Shown here: positions 1 through 11,712 of the stretch, piece after piece
Layout: each line of letters starts with the position of its first letter
Position numbering within the stretch: the stretch's first letter is position 1
From: the human T2T-CHM13v2.0 reference genome, Homo sapiens
Assembly: GCF_009914755.1 (NCBI RefSeq)
Contig: NC_060928.1
Direction: 5' to 3' (one strand)
DNA length: 64,000 nt
Notes under the pieces: generated by a model
What the model was told of the DNA's origin: nothing
Databases searched by the model: none
Seen by the model: the letters and a program-made list of their open reading frames with translations, nothing else
Translations under genes and position numbers: made by a program

Positions 1-1204
1 GGAATAGTCACCAAAAAATATAAATATGAATAGTCTGGAAAATGAACTTTAAAATTTTAAAAGTACAAAAAACATACAAAGAATATTACCAGAAAAAATG
101 GGATTAGACTAGAAAACAATAACAGAAAGATGGCTGAAAAATCCCCAAATATATGCAGATTAAAAAAGTCACGGGTAAACATAGGTAAATGAAGAGGTTT
201 CAAGAGAAAGTTTAAACATATTCAAACTAAATGAAAATGAAAATATAACTTGTTAAGTTTGTGTCATGCAATGGAAACAGTGCTTAAAGTGAAATTTATA
301 GCATTAAATGCCCATGTTAGAAAGGAAGATTTAAAATAGAAAAACTAAATTTTATATATAGGAAGCAAGAACAAGATAAACAATATAAACTACAAGTGTA
401 AGTGATTAAAATTGGAACAGAAATTAACAACATTGAAAACAGGAAAACAATAGAGAAAAATCATAACAAACAAACAAACAAAAGAATAATTAAATAGATT
501 AACACCTATCCAGGCTCACCAAGAAAGAAAGAGAGAAGACACAAAGTACTAATACGAAAGAGAGGCCATCACTACTGAGGGACATTAATGTTTCAAGAGA
601 ATTTAAAAGTTTCTAAAGGAACAATAACAATGCTATGTTCACAAATTTGATATCTTAGATGAAATGGACACATTCTTTAAAAGATATGGACTACCAATAC
701 TCACACAAAAAATATATATAATATGAATAGTTCTATATACATTAAAGAAATTGAATCAATAATGAGTACCATTCCAAAAACAGAAATATCATATCCAGAT
801 GGTTTCATTGATGAATTCTACCATCCATTTGTGGAAGGAATAATGTCAATTCTTCACAATTACCTTTAGAAATTCAAAGCAGAGCAAACATTTTCTAACT
901 TATTCTGTGAGATCAACATTATCCTAATACCAAAACCAGTTAAAGACATTACAAGAAAGGAAAACTGCTGACCAATATCTCTCATGAACATAGATGCAAA
1001 ATCCTCAGCAGAATATTAGCAAATAAAATCCCACAATGTATAAATCATGACCAAATGAGATTTATAACAGGTATGTAAGACTAGGTTGACATTTACAAAG
1101 TCAATATAATACCACACAACAATAAACTAGAAACGTCAAATGATTATATCAATTGATGCAGGAGAAGTATATGATAAACTCTAACACCCATTCATGATAA
1201 AAAT

Positions 1205-1332
1205 ACCCCATTTAGCCTGATGTGAATATTATGCATTTCATGCCTGTATCAAAATATCTCATGTACCCATATATATATATACATACATGTATATATATAC
1301 CTACTATGTACACACAAAAATTAAAAATTAAT
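1205..1332 (+). mobile_element. Short L1MA-like 3' terminal fragment with internal (TA)n
   Basis: 'catgcctgtatcaaaatatctcatgtacccat...cctactatgtacacacaaaaattaaaaattaa' resembles L1MA 3' ends. Confidence 0.7.
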
Positions 1333-1815
1333 TTTGATAGTTACTTATAATGTTAGTGTTTCTAACATTTCTACTCTTGTAAACAAACTAGGAGTAGAAG
1401 AGAACTTTCTCACTTTGAGAAAATATCTACAAAAAACTACAGCTAACATTATGTTTAATAGTGAAAACCCGGACATTTTCCCCTAAGATAAGGAACAATG
1501 AATGGATGTTCTCTCTCACCACTCCTATTGAATATCATATTGGAATTCCTAGCTAGTGCAATAAGAAAAGAAGAGAAAATTAAAACATATACAGATTGGG
1601 GTAGAAGAATTAAACTGTTTGCAAATGTCATGATTATTTATGTAAAATCCAAAAGTCTGTCACAAATACTCCTCGAACTAATAACTAGTGTATTGAGGTA
1701 ACATGATGAAAGTTACCTATAAAAATCAGTTGATGCCCCATATTCTAGCAGTAATGAGAATTTAAAATTTTAGGAAATATCCAACATCCAATATCATTTA
1801 AAATAGTAACAACAG

Positions 1816-2131
<316 letters not shown>

Positions 2132-2445
2132 TAGTAACATAAAAATGATAATCTATCAAAATATATGCAGGATCCATATATGCAGAAAACTATAAAACTC
2201 TGATGAAATAAATCAAAGAATATTGAAATAGATAGATATTCCATGTTCACAGGTTGAAACATTTAAGATTGGTAAAATGCTATTTTTTTCTAAATTAATC
2301 TATAGATTAAATGTGATATCAGTCAAAATCCATGCAATCTACTTTGCAGATATTGGCAAAAATTGATTCTAAAGTTTATGCTCAAAGGCAAAAGACTTAG
2401 AAGAGCACTCACAATATTAGAGATAAAGTTGGAGGACTCAACTTT

Positions 2446-2612
2446 TTTAAAGTTAGATGTTACCTTTTAGAGAAGTTTTAGTTTAACAGCAAAATTGAGA
2501 GGAATGCAAAGAGATTCCCCATATACCCTCTCCCTCCACACATGAATAGCCTTCTCCACTGTCACTACCTACCTCCCACCAGAATTGTATATTTGTCACA
2601 ATTGACAAGCCT
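2446..2612 (-). mobile_element. Old L1 (L1MC/MD-like) 3' end fragment
   Basis: 'ttttagagaagttttagtttaacagcaaaattgag...ccccatataccc...atttgtcacaattgac' matches the antisense 3' UTR of old L1M subfamilies. Confidence 0.7.
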
Positions 2613-3677
2613 TCATTGAATGTTCAAACTTAAACTGTTTGCTTTGACATGTCCTGTGCCATTTTCCAAAATTTTTGTAAGTGTGGTCTCTTGAAGTTCA
2701 CATTTTAGAATATTCTGAACTTTGGTAATAGCATTAGAAAGGTAATGGCTGGAAATGCTAAAAATATTGATACTGTCAAATGTAGAAAAATTCAAATTGT
2801 ATTTCTGAAAATAACAAACATTTATCTTTATATGGATTACTTACTTTTGTATATGGAAAGAGACCTATTTTTATCTAAGAAACATAAGTTATGTCATAAA
2901 TGTTATGAAATGCTCATGTAGAAAATTTGCTCATTTTTGCTGTGCTAAATGCAAATAAGAAACACTAACTTTACCATATAACTTATTTTAGTGGAGATTG
3001 ACATCAACATATTTGAGAAAGAAGAGATAGTAAGGATCGTAGCTTCTTGCTATATTTTCTTACTTAAACTCTAACACTTGGCAAAAACATTTTTATCTCA
3101 TTTAAGAGAAACAGACATATGAATTGAAAATAAAAAATAAGTGAGAGTAAAAGTAGTTTTGACTTTTTTTTTACTTTTTATTACTTTTTTGGATAACTAG
3201 AAATATTATTGTAAGTTTACTCAAGTAAGATGTATCTTAATAAAGCTGATAGTATACACAAAAATTCATTGGGAAAAAATTACAAAATATTAAAAGACTA
3301 TGGCTAACCTATGCTTTGGATAAAAGAACTATTTGGGATGTTAGTATCTTGTCCTCCTTCCATAGAATTGTTGAACTTTAGCAGCAAATGACATTCAAAT
3401 CTTGTTGCCATAGATATATTAAAGCTTCTGGCAGGTCACTGCTGTGTGTCATGATCTGTCTCTGGGTAACACATTCTTGTCTAGGGAAGAAATACCTGCC
3501 AGGAGCAGAATGGGGATTAACATGGTGTCAGCATTGCGGAAAAGTCAACATTTGTTCTGTAGTTCACTGCAAGACTAACGAAAATGAAAGGCAAGTCTAA
3601 TAGAGTAATAGTAAGGAACAAAGTAATCAAGGTGAAAGGAGGGCTGGGTTCCTAAAATTATTTCATTTTATACTTCT

Positions 3678-4518
3678 TGTGTATTAATTTGCTAGGGCTG
3701 CCGTTACAAAGTATCACAAACTGGGTAGTTTAAACCCAAAGAAATGTATTATTTCACAGTTCTGGAGGCTAGCAGTTCCAGATCAAGGTATGTCTTTGTC
3801 CACTTGTGTTGCTATAAAATAATACCTGAGGTGGGGTAATTTATAAAGAAACAAGATTTATTTGACTCATAGTTCTGCAGGCGGTACACAAAGTGTGGCA
3901 TGGACATTTGCATCTGACGAGGGCCTCAAACTGCTTCCACTCCTAGCAGGAGAAAGGGATCTGGTGTACACATGGTGGGAGCAGAAGCAAAAGACAGAAA
4001 AGAAGAGGTGCCAGGATCTTTCCAACAACCAGATCTCTCAGGTACTAAGAGTGAGAACTTTCTCCCAGGAGAATGGCACCAGGGCATTCATTAGGGATTC
4101 CCCCCCACAATTCAAGCACCTCTTACCAGGGTCTACCTCCAATGTCAGGTTCAAATTTCAACATAAGACTTGGTGGGACCAAACAGCCCATATCCAAAGC
4201 ATAGGAAGGTATCAGGAATATTGGTTTGTTCTGAGAAATATGAGGAAAGAAACTGTTCTACATCTCTCTCTTTGGCCTGTAGACAGCCATCTTGTTCCTG
4301 TGTCTCTGTATCATCTTCTTTCTGTACCTTTGTCTGCATCCAAATATTTCCTTTTTATGAGGACAACTATTATATTGAATGAGTACTCATGTTGATGACC
4401 TCACTTTAACTTGATTACCTCTGTACAAATTTTATCTCCAAATCAGTTCATGTTCTGAGATACTGAGGGTTAGGACTTCAACACAGGATTTGGAGGTAAC
4501 ACAACTAAACCCATAGAG
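3678..4518 (-). mobile_element. MLT1 (MLT1B/C-like) MaLR LTR, split by an MST insertion
   Basis: 'tgtattaatttgctagggctgccgttacaaagtatcacaaactggg...cacagttctggaggctag' resumes after 4211 and runs to 'gggttaggacttcaacac'. Confidence 0.85.
3791..4206 (-). mobile_element. MSTB-like solo LTR nested in MLT1
   Basis: 'tgtctttgtccacttgtgttgctataaaataatacctgag...catatccaaagcatagga'. 5-bp TSD aggta at 3786-3790 and 4207-4211. Confidence 0.88.
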
Positions 4519-5109
4519 CCTTGAAATGCCAAGAGATAGTTGTTTTACCAAAAACTTCCTGAGGCTCTAGTTTCAGTTGGTCACTCTTACCAATATATTC
4601 ATATTATGTGTGGGATTTAAGTAACTAGCCAAAAAATTACAGTTAACAATTTATTAAACATATGTGAAGAGAAAAATATTGGTTAAAATGCTGACCCTAT
4701 TTTGATCAATGTAACATCTGCAAGCACTTGCCATTTTGGATTTAAAGGCAAATATTGTGGGAGCTGTGTGTTTCAAATCTTTTGCCTTGAATCTACATCA
4801 GATCGAGCTCAACAGAATAATGTTTGGTACAGTGGATTTGGCAACAAGATAGATATATAGCTGTTAGGCTCATTTTGAAATGATTACAAAGGTAATGTAA
4901 TTTCAGTTGACATTTTTGAATTATTTAATATAAACATTGTATTAAATATTGTAGTAATAGATTTTAACTTTTGAGAATAAGATGGTGTTAGAGGGACTCA
5001 GTTTTTTTCTCTTTACTGAAACAACTAAAAATCAGGAAACTATATGGAATAATGATTCTCAGAACATTGAAACAATGTAGTTTTTTTCCCCCTAGGGAAA
5101 TACTACCCA

Positions 5110-5679
5110 TAGAAAACCACTCAACATCATTAGCCATTAGGGAAATGAAAATCAAGACCACAGAGAGAGATTACCTTACACCCACTAAGATGGTTTTAAT
5201 CAAAAAGGCTAGACAATAACAAGGATTGACAATAATTTGGAGAAACTAGAAACCTCATGGTTGCTAATGGGAATGTAAGATGGTAGGACCACTTTGGAAA
5301 ACAGTTGTGCAGTTCCTGAAAATGTTAGACAGAATTACTTTATGACTCAGCAATTCTGCTAGGTATTTACCTACAAACAAAAATATATGTCCACATAAAA
5401 ATTTGTAGACAAATGGTTAGGTTATGGTGGTATTATTTATTAAACCCAAAATCTGAAGACCCAAAAATCCATCCTACTTTTGAAGCAACAAAAATGTAGT
5501 AGATCCATATAATAAATTTTATTTTGCAATAAAAAAATGAATTATTGCTAAATGTAACAACATGAATTACGTTATGCTAAATGAAGGAAGAAAGTCACAA
5601 ATGTTACACATTTTGTTAATCTGGTTAAACGAAACTCCAGACTAGGCAAATACAAAGTCAGAAAGTAGGTAAATCATTT
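5110..5679 (+). mobile_element. L1MB-like ORF2 end / 3' UTR fragment
   Basis: 'ctcaacatcattagccattagggaaatgaaaatcaagaccac', 'ccactttggaaaacagtt', 'tatgactcagcaattc'. Confidence 0.85.
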
Positions 5680-6950
5680 TGTTATGAGAGCTTTGGGTTG
5701 TTTCTTTTCTGGCTGGAAACCTGTGACCAATGGTGCCTTTACCCGAGTTTTGCTTGGGATCACTGAGCTCAATCCACATGCTCAGCCTGGCAGGATGCAC
5801 TCAGCTCATACTATTGACTTGGATTCCATGCCTTCAAAGAGAGATCGTGAGTCAGGCATGGAGTGGTGAGGGGTGTGTGAGCGAGCATGGAGTCTGGCCA
5901 CTGAGCCATCAGACACACTGACTGCTGTTGTGGGGCAGGCAGCTCCAGGTGCCAGCATGGACGCCAGCTGTCTGTGAGGCTGCAGCTGGACCAGGTGCAC
6001 TGCAGCAGCTTCCACAGCTGACACCGGGAAATGTGGTGGCACCCAGAAGCTTGGAGATGCCAGGAACCACAGAGTCCCAAAGAGGGAGTTACAGCCGTGT
6101 CCTGGGGAGCTCCCAAGTCTGGGTTCCCTGAATGGCTGCAGTTTTTGTCTTCTTTGCCTGCAATATGGTGAGCAAGGGGCATGTTTCAGCCCTGTTTGCA
6201 TTTCAGCTATTTTAGCTTTGCCATTCAGAAGGTCCTGAGTTCTTGTTCTGCAACCAGGAAGAATTAGGTACGCAATGGAACAACTCAGAGGAGAATTGCA
6301 GTGGGTAGCCCCTTTTCACAGCCAGGGTGTCCCAACAAATGTTCAGCTCCTAGCAGAGAGGAGATCTTGGAGTGGGAAGCTCCTGTCTGCAGACAGGACA
6401 TCTTGTTATCTCTGCAGCTGTCTGAAGACAGGACATCTTGTTATCTCTGCAGCTCTCAGCAGAGAGGAGGGCCTAGAGTAGGTGGCTCCTGTCTACAGGC
6501 AGGTCAACTCATCATATCTGCAGCTCTCAGTAGAGAAGATAGCTCCTCTCTGCAACTAGTCTTCCCATCATCTCTCCATCCTCTCAGTAGAGAGTTGCTG
6601 CCCTCTGGAGCTAGTAGTCTCATCTTTGCAGCCCTAAGTAGAGAGGAGCCCTTGGAATAGGTAGCTCCTTCCTGTGGCTGGTCCTCCTCATGTCTCCTCA
6701 GCTCTGACTGGGCCCAGGGCTTTTATGGGCCTCAGAGGGGAGGAAATGAATGCCAATTGGTACATGGGAAGTTATGGGATGGCCCAGAAAAGGCAACACA
6801 ATCTGGTCCATGGTACTGGCAGCCAGGTCCCTAGCCTTCAAATCCTCCCTGGCCTAAAGTTGGTGCCTCACTGTGGACCCACTGTCTTCCCTCCTTCCCT
6901 CCAGGAAACTGTCTGCCTCCTGCTTCTGTACAGGGTGCCTGGGCTCAGTC
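5680..6950 (-). mobile_element. MER52 LTR (ERV1 class), partial
   Basis: 'tgttatgagagctttgggttgtttcttttctggctggaaacctgtg...ggggtgtgtgagcgagc' matches the MER52 terminus. Internal 'ctctgcagctctcagcagagagg' repeat units. The most GC-rich block in the window. Confidence 0.8.
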
Positions 6951-6965
6951 AGAGTAATTTTCTCC

Positions 6966-7238
6966 ATATATATATAAATTTATAGGAAGATTTCCCCCAT
7001 ATATATATATTTATATATATATATATTCCCCATATATATTTATATATATAAATACATTATATATAAATGTATTCTATATATTTATATATATACACATATA
7101 TAAATACATATATATTGTATTGTGTATATATATAATGTATTTATATATATATAAATGTATACTGGAGTCACTGAATTAAAAGGGTGACAGAAGGATATTT
7201 AAACAAATAAAGTCAAAAATTTCCCACACTTCATACCC

Positions 7239-7292
<54 letters not shown>

Positions 7293-7297
7293 TATAC
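6966..7297. repeat. (TA)n-rich low-complexity tracts (6966-7160 and 7242-7297)
   Basis: TA dinucleotide runs are directly visible. Confidence 0.95.
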
Positions 7298-8309
7298 TAT
7301 GTTAAGAAATATATGATTAATCAAAATAAATTTGGGAGACTTTTTATTTAGTTCAGAGTTGTAGAGACATGGAATAATATCCCTCCCACTCTCACAAGAA
7401 GGCAAAAGCTTCACAAAATGCAAATTAACAACTCCTCTTGAAGCCAGCAGAGAAGAGAGGCACTAGGGCACACAAGTAGCCAAAAATCTGAAGAGACACA
7501 GATGCCAGAAGAGAGAAACAACTTTCCAGTATTTGCCTCCTTGGAACAGATTCAGTAGAACACATTATAAACCGTTAAGACATTATAGCCAAAAGACTTT
7601 AAAGACTTCCTAAAAGTGAAGTGTAGTCAAGTGTGAGTGTAAAACCCTTGGAGGCCACAGATAAAAGGGAGAAGGAGTGAGATCTTATCCTCTGCAGGCT
7701 TTTTCTCCATTAACCCTACCATGTACTCTCAGAGAAGACTGGAGAAAATCCCGAAGAGGTTTTTCTTGTGGTGGGAGCAGGGAACACTGATTACTGCAGA
7801 AATTTTACAGAGGAAGATTTCCCCATCTTCTCAACAGATTATAAACCTTAATCTGTAGAGGAAAAGCAATAAACACTGCTGCCTGAGCCCTTTAGGGCAT
7901 GGGAGGAAATGCATTGCAGCTAGGGGAAAGAACAGAACAGAAATAAAACTAAACAAAAATGCATTCTCCTTGGGGGGAATTGCAGGACCACATCATATTA
8001 CGTATTAGGTTTAGTACTTCAGCTCCAAGAGGGCAAATAGCACTTGTGAAGTCTCCACTACTGAAATGTATAGACACAGTTCCTGCCTAAGACTAAGGTT
8101 TAGTTATAACACCCCAACCTCCACTCCCCCACCCCACCATCATAGGCTAACAAACACTGGGGAAAGATAATGATGGAATATACCTGGGAGAGCTGTAGGA
8201 GAAGGATTTTCTTTAGGCCACAGCACAAAAAGGAAACCCAAAGCCAAGAGGAGAGCAAAATGGAGGAAACAAATAAGTAAAAACAAAAAAGTACCAACAA
8301 AAAAGTACC

Positions 8310-8396
8310 AACCACCATGGCACGTGTATACCTATGTAACCAAACTGCATATTCTGCACTTGTATCCCAGAACTTAAAGTATAATTTAAAAAAAAA
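8310..8396 (+). mobile_element. L1PA7/8-like extreme 3' end (87 bp) with A-tail
   Basis: 'aaccaccatggcacgtgtatacctatgtaac...gtatcccagaacttaaagtataat' followed by an A run. Confidence 0.92.
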
Positions 8397-8469
8397 GAGA
8401 GAAAACATATGCATCCACAAAAAAGCTTTACTTGTAAGAGTTAAACCTGTACACATCTCATGTACATGT

Positions 8470-8781
8470 TGCTATGATCTGAATGTTTCTGTCCCTCCAA
8501 CATTTATGTTGAAACCTAACCTCCATTGTGGTGGTATCAAGAGGTGGAGCCTTAAGGAGGTCATTAGGTCTTGATGGTGCTGCCCTCATGAATGGGATTA
8601 ATACCTTTATAAGAGAGGCTTAAGAAAGCGTTCTTCCTCCTTCTTCCATGTGAGGACTCAGTGAGAAAGTGTCCTCTTTGAAGCAGAGAGCATTTATCAC
8701 CAGACACCAAATCTGCGGGTGCCTTGATCTGGGACACCCCAGTTTCCAAAACTGTGAGCAATAAATTTCTGTTGTTTATTT
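8470..8781 (+). mobile_element. MST (MSTC/D-like) LTR truncated just after its poly(A) signal
   Basis: 'tgctatgatctgaatgtttctgtccctcc...gccctcatgaatgggattaat...caccagacaccaaatctgc...gagcaataaatttctgttgttt' followed by A11. Confidence 0.85.
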
Positions 8782-9204
8782 AAAAAAAAAAAGTACCTAC
8801 CTTCTGGCATATTAACCTCCACCCCAAAGCCAAGTCATTTCTAAAGGAATTTGCAGGCTATGGTGAAATGGGAGTAGTTATAGCAATAATGGACCCTGAA
8901 CTCAGATCAACTGCTCACTAGATTATCCGAAGCCCACACATAAGAGACCACGAAGAATGAAAGTTTGATTTTACAAGCAAAACAAAGGATGTCCCTCAGT
9001 ATCTACTATCCTACAAAACATTTTAAACCTCTGACAAAATTTGTTAGACATACAAAAGGGCAAGGAAAAAGAAATTCAGAAGAGACAAAGCAATGATCAA
9101 AACCAGACTTGGATGAGACAGATGTTAATGCAATCAAGCAATTAGCTCTCAGTGGCATTTGTAGAACATTCTAATCTACAAAAGCAAACTACACTGTGAG
9201 CCCA

Positions 9205-10115
9205 TGAAAAAATGTTCAACATGATTATTAGGAAAATAAATAATAAAATACCATTTAATTATCAGAATGGTTAAACAGACTAAAAATACCAAAAGTTAGC
9301 GAGAATGTGGGAAAATCATAAATCTCATACCTGTACAATCATTTTGTCAAAAACTCTGTCAATAAATCATCTAACTAAACAAATACTTATTTTACAATCC
9401 TTTAATTCCATTACTAGATTTTAACCTCCTCCAATGAAAATATATGAATCCAAAAAAAAAAAAACCTCAAATGTTTCACAGCAGCTTTATTAATCAGGGT
9501 TAAAATGTAAAAGCAGCTGAGTCTGCTTTCAGGAAAATGTATTTTGAAATTGATGTATTTTCACACAAAGCAATACTGCTTACCAGTAAAAAGAGGTGAT
9601 GCTATTTGACTTTATTTGCTTTCAGTTCTGAAACAGACACAAGTAATCTACGGTCCAAAATTAACAGAACAAGCATTGCCTCTTGGGAGTGGGATGAGGA
9701 TTGAGTAGAGAGGGTAATGAACAAACATTCAAGGCTGAGAGTAATATTTTATATCTTGACTGGAGTTTAGTTTACAATAGCATGTACATTTGTCAATACT
9801 CAAAAAATATGCACTAAAAGTTGTGCAATGTAATGTGTATAAACGACGTCAAACTAAAAGAACTCTATATAAATATTGAATTTTATTGAATGTTCTTTAT
9901 CCAGATATATTTAAAACTCTTCTGATGTTGTTAATTTAGTTTGAATGTCATCAAAAATAATATGAATTGATGGAAGTATGAATAAGGGAATGGACATCTA
10001 ATGAGCAAGAACAGTAAAATGACTTTAGTGTAATCCAGGGCTGTTTATAGGAATGTTCGCTATATATTTTTTAACTTTACTATGTGTTTTAAGGTTTCCA
10101 TAATTTAAAAAAGGG
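9205..10115 (+). mobile_element. Old L1 (L1MC/ME-like) 3' fragment
   Basis: 'aaaatgttcaacatgattattaggaaaat', 'aaatgtttcacagcagctttattaat', 'gtacatttgtcaatactca'. Confidence 0.7.
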
Positions 10116-10549
10116 AAAAAAAGAAATATAGAAGAGGCTGGCCACTCTTTCCAACTACTAGCTGAAACATAAATTTTTAAAATGTTTATAGTTTTGCCAT
10201 ATGAGAAGGGATTTATAATAACAGAAATAAGACTTCATTGTACCTAAAGTAACAAGGGAACATTTTATTATCTGAAAGAGTGAGCAGAAAAGTCATAGAT
10301 CCTGCCCCAGATATCATCCAAGGCACAAGGCAAAACAAGCCAAACACAATAATTTTAAAAGGACAGTTATGGGAGGAACAAAGTTACTTTGTTGTTAAAT
10401 TCTGTTGTATTTTCCTTTTCATCCTAACAGTTCCACACAAAACAATTTCCTGGCAAAGTTAAATGTCTGGCTTAGATTAAACTTTATATAGTTACAATGT
10501 CCTGAAATAATTCAGGGTGTGATTTTTCACCAGTGGGATGAGTTATTTG

Positions 10550-10775
10550 GTAATGGTTAGAATAATAGACAGTGTAGCCAAACTACCTAGAATTTTACAT
10601 TGGCTCTACATTTATCAGCCATGGAACAAAATTATTTATCCTCACATAGCAAGTATTATCATCTGTAAAATTGAGATGATAATGGTACACGTCACATGGA
10701 GTTATTGTTAGAATCAAGTTAATTAAAGACTACAGAATCTAGGGGAGTACAATATAAATACTATACATTATTATC
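10550..10775 (+). mobile_element. MIR
   Basis: Core 'tcatctgtaaaattgagatgataatggtac...gttattgttagaatcaag'. Confidence 0.7.
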
Positions 10776-11685
10776 TTGTTCAATATTGTTTGCACTTTTA
10801 TAAAGGCATTTGATATAGTAGCTAAAGGACTGTCTTTTACCTTTGCCGTATTTAATAAATTTATCAGCAATGCCAAAGGTATAATCAGTCTAAGCTATTT
10901 CAATGAAATTTTTAAAAGTGTAATTGAACAAAAAAATGACTAATCATGTTACAAAATAACTATTACAAGTTCAAGAAATGTATATTTTTTCTTCAAATAA
11001 TTTACAATCTTGCACACATATTTTGTCACATCAAACATTATTAATATTGGATTTTAGTTTTAAGTACACACATTCATGCAGGTACACACACATGCACACA
11101 CACATTGATGATTGGCATGTATTTTCTAATATTTAAAACGTTTATATTTTCTATACTATATTTACATAGACTTGATATGCACCATATGTTTATCTTTATG
11201 CCGATTATCACGTGTAGCATTGTTGTTGCATGGATTTCTTAAGTACTTATTTTCTCTCCTTATTTCTGACTCTCCAGAAACTTCCTTCTATGCAGCCTTC
11301 TAGAGTTACAGATGAAACTGAACAAGATCAGAATAAACACAGGTTAAAACAAATAACAACGCACCCTTAGGGATTTAGTTCCTTCGTGATGATTGCCACC
11401 ATTTCAGGGTCCTCTCTTGATCCATTTCAGCTCTTTCACCACTTGAAATGGTGAGGGAGGAGGCAACTACACTCATGTTTCAACACCAGGTCACAATCTG
11501 CATTTTTATTTATCTTGTTTCAGCCCTCTATTTCATACTGTTGTTGTTGTTGCTATTGTTTTAATTGTATTTTCTAAGCCCCAGTACATTGTTGTGGATT
11601 CCATACTACACCTTAATGTCCATAGCCAGAAGTGCCACTAAATTGTCTCCTCCACAAAAGGGAATTTTACCACTGAATATGTGGG

Positions 11686-11712
11686 GTGTGTGTGTGTGTG
11701 TGTGTGTGTGTG
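11686..11712. repeat. (GT)n microsatellite
   Basis: Directly visible. Confidence 0.95.

Larger units (their letters stand above)
7335..9125 (+). mobile_element. Old L1M 5'-region fragment, interrupted at 8310-8797
   Basis: 'ggaatttgcaggctatggtg...ctcagatcaactgctcactagattatcc' and 'gaagagacaaagcaatgatcaaaaccagact' resemble L1M 5' UTR sequence on both sides of the insertion. Confidence 0.6.

Noticed and set aside
3862-4395. Longest ORF in the window (177 aa)
   Set aside because: It lies wholly in MSTB/MLT1 LTR sequence, starts at a non-ATG codon and has no recognisable domain.
5684-6985. Cluster of ORFs in a GC-rich block that could suggest a gene or CpG island
   Set aside because: Explained by the MER52 LTR. 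CpGs are depleted, and higher GC lengthens chance ORFs.
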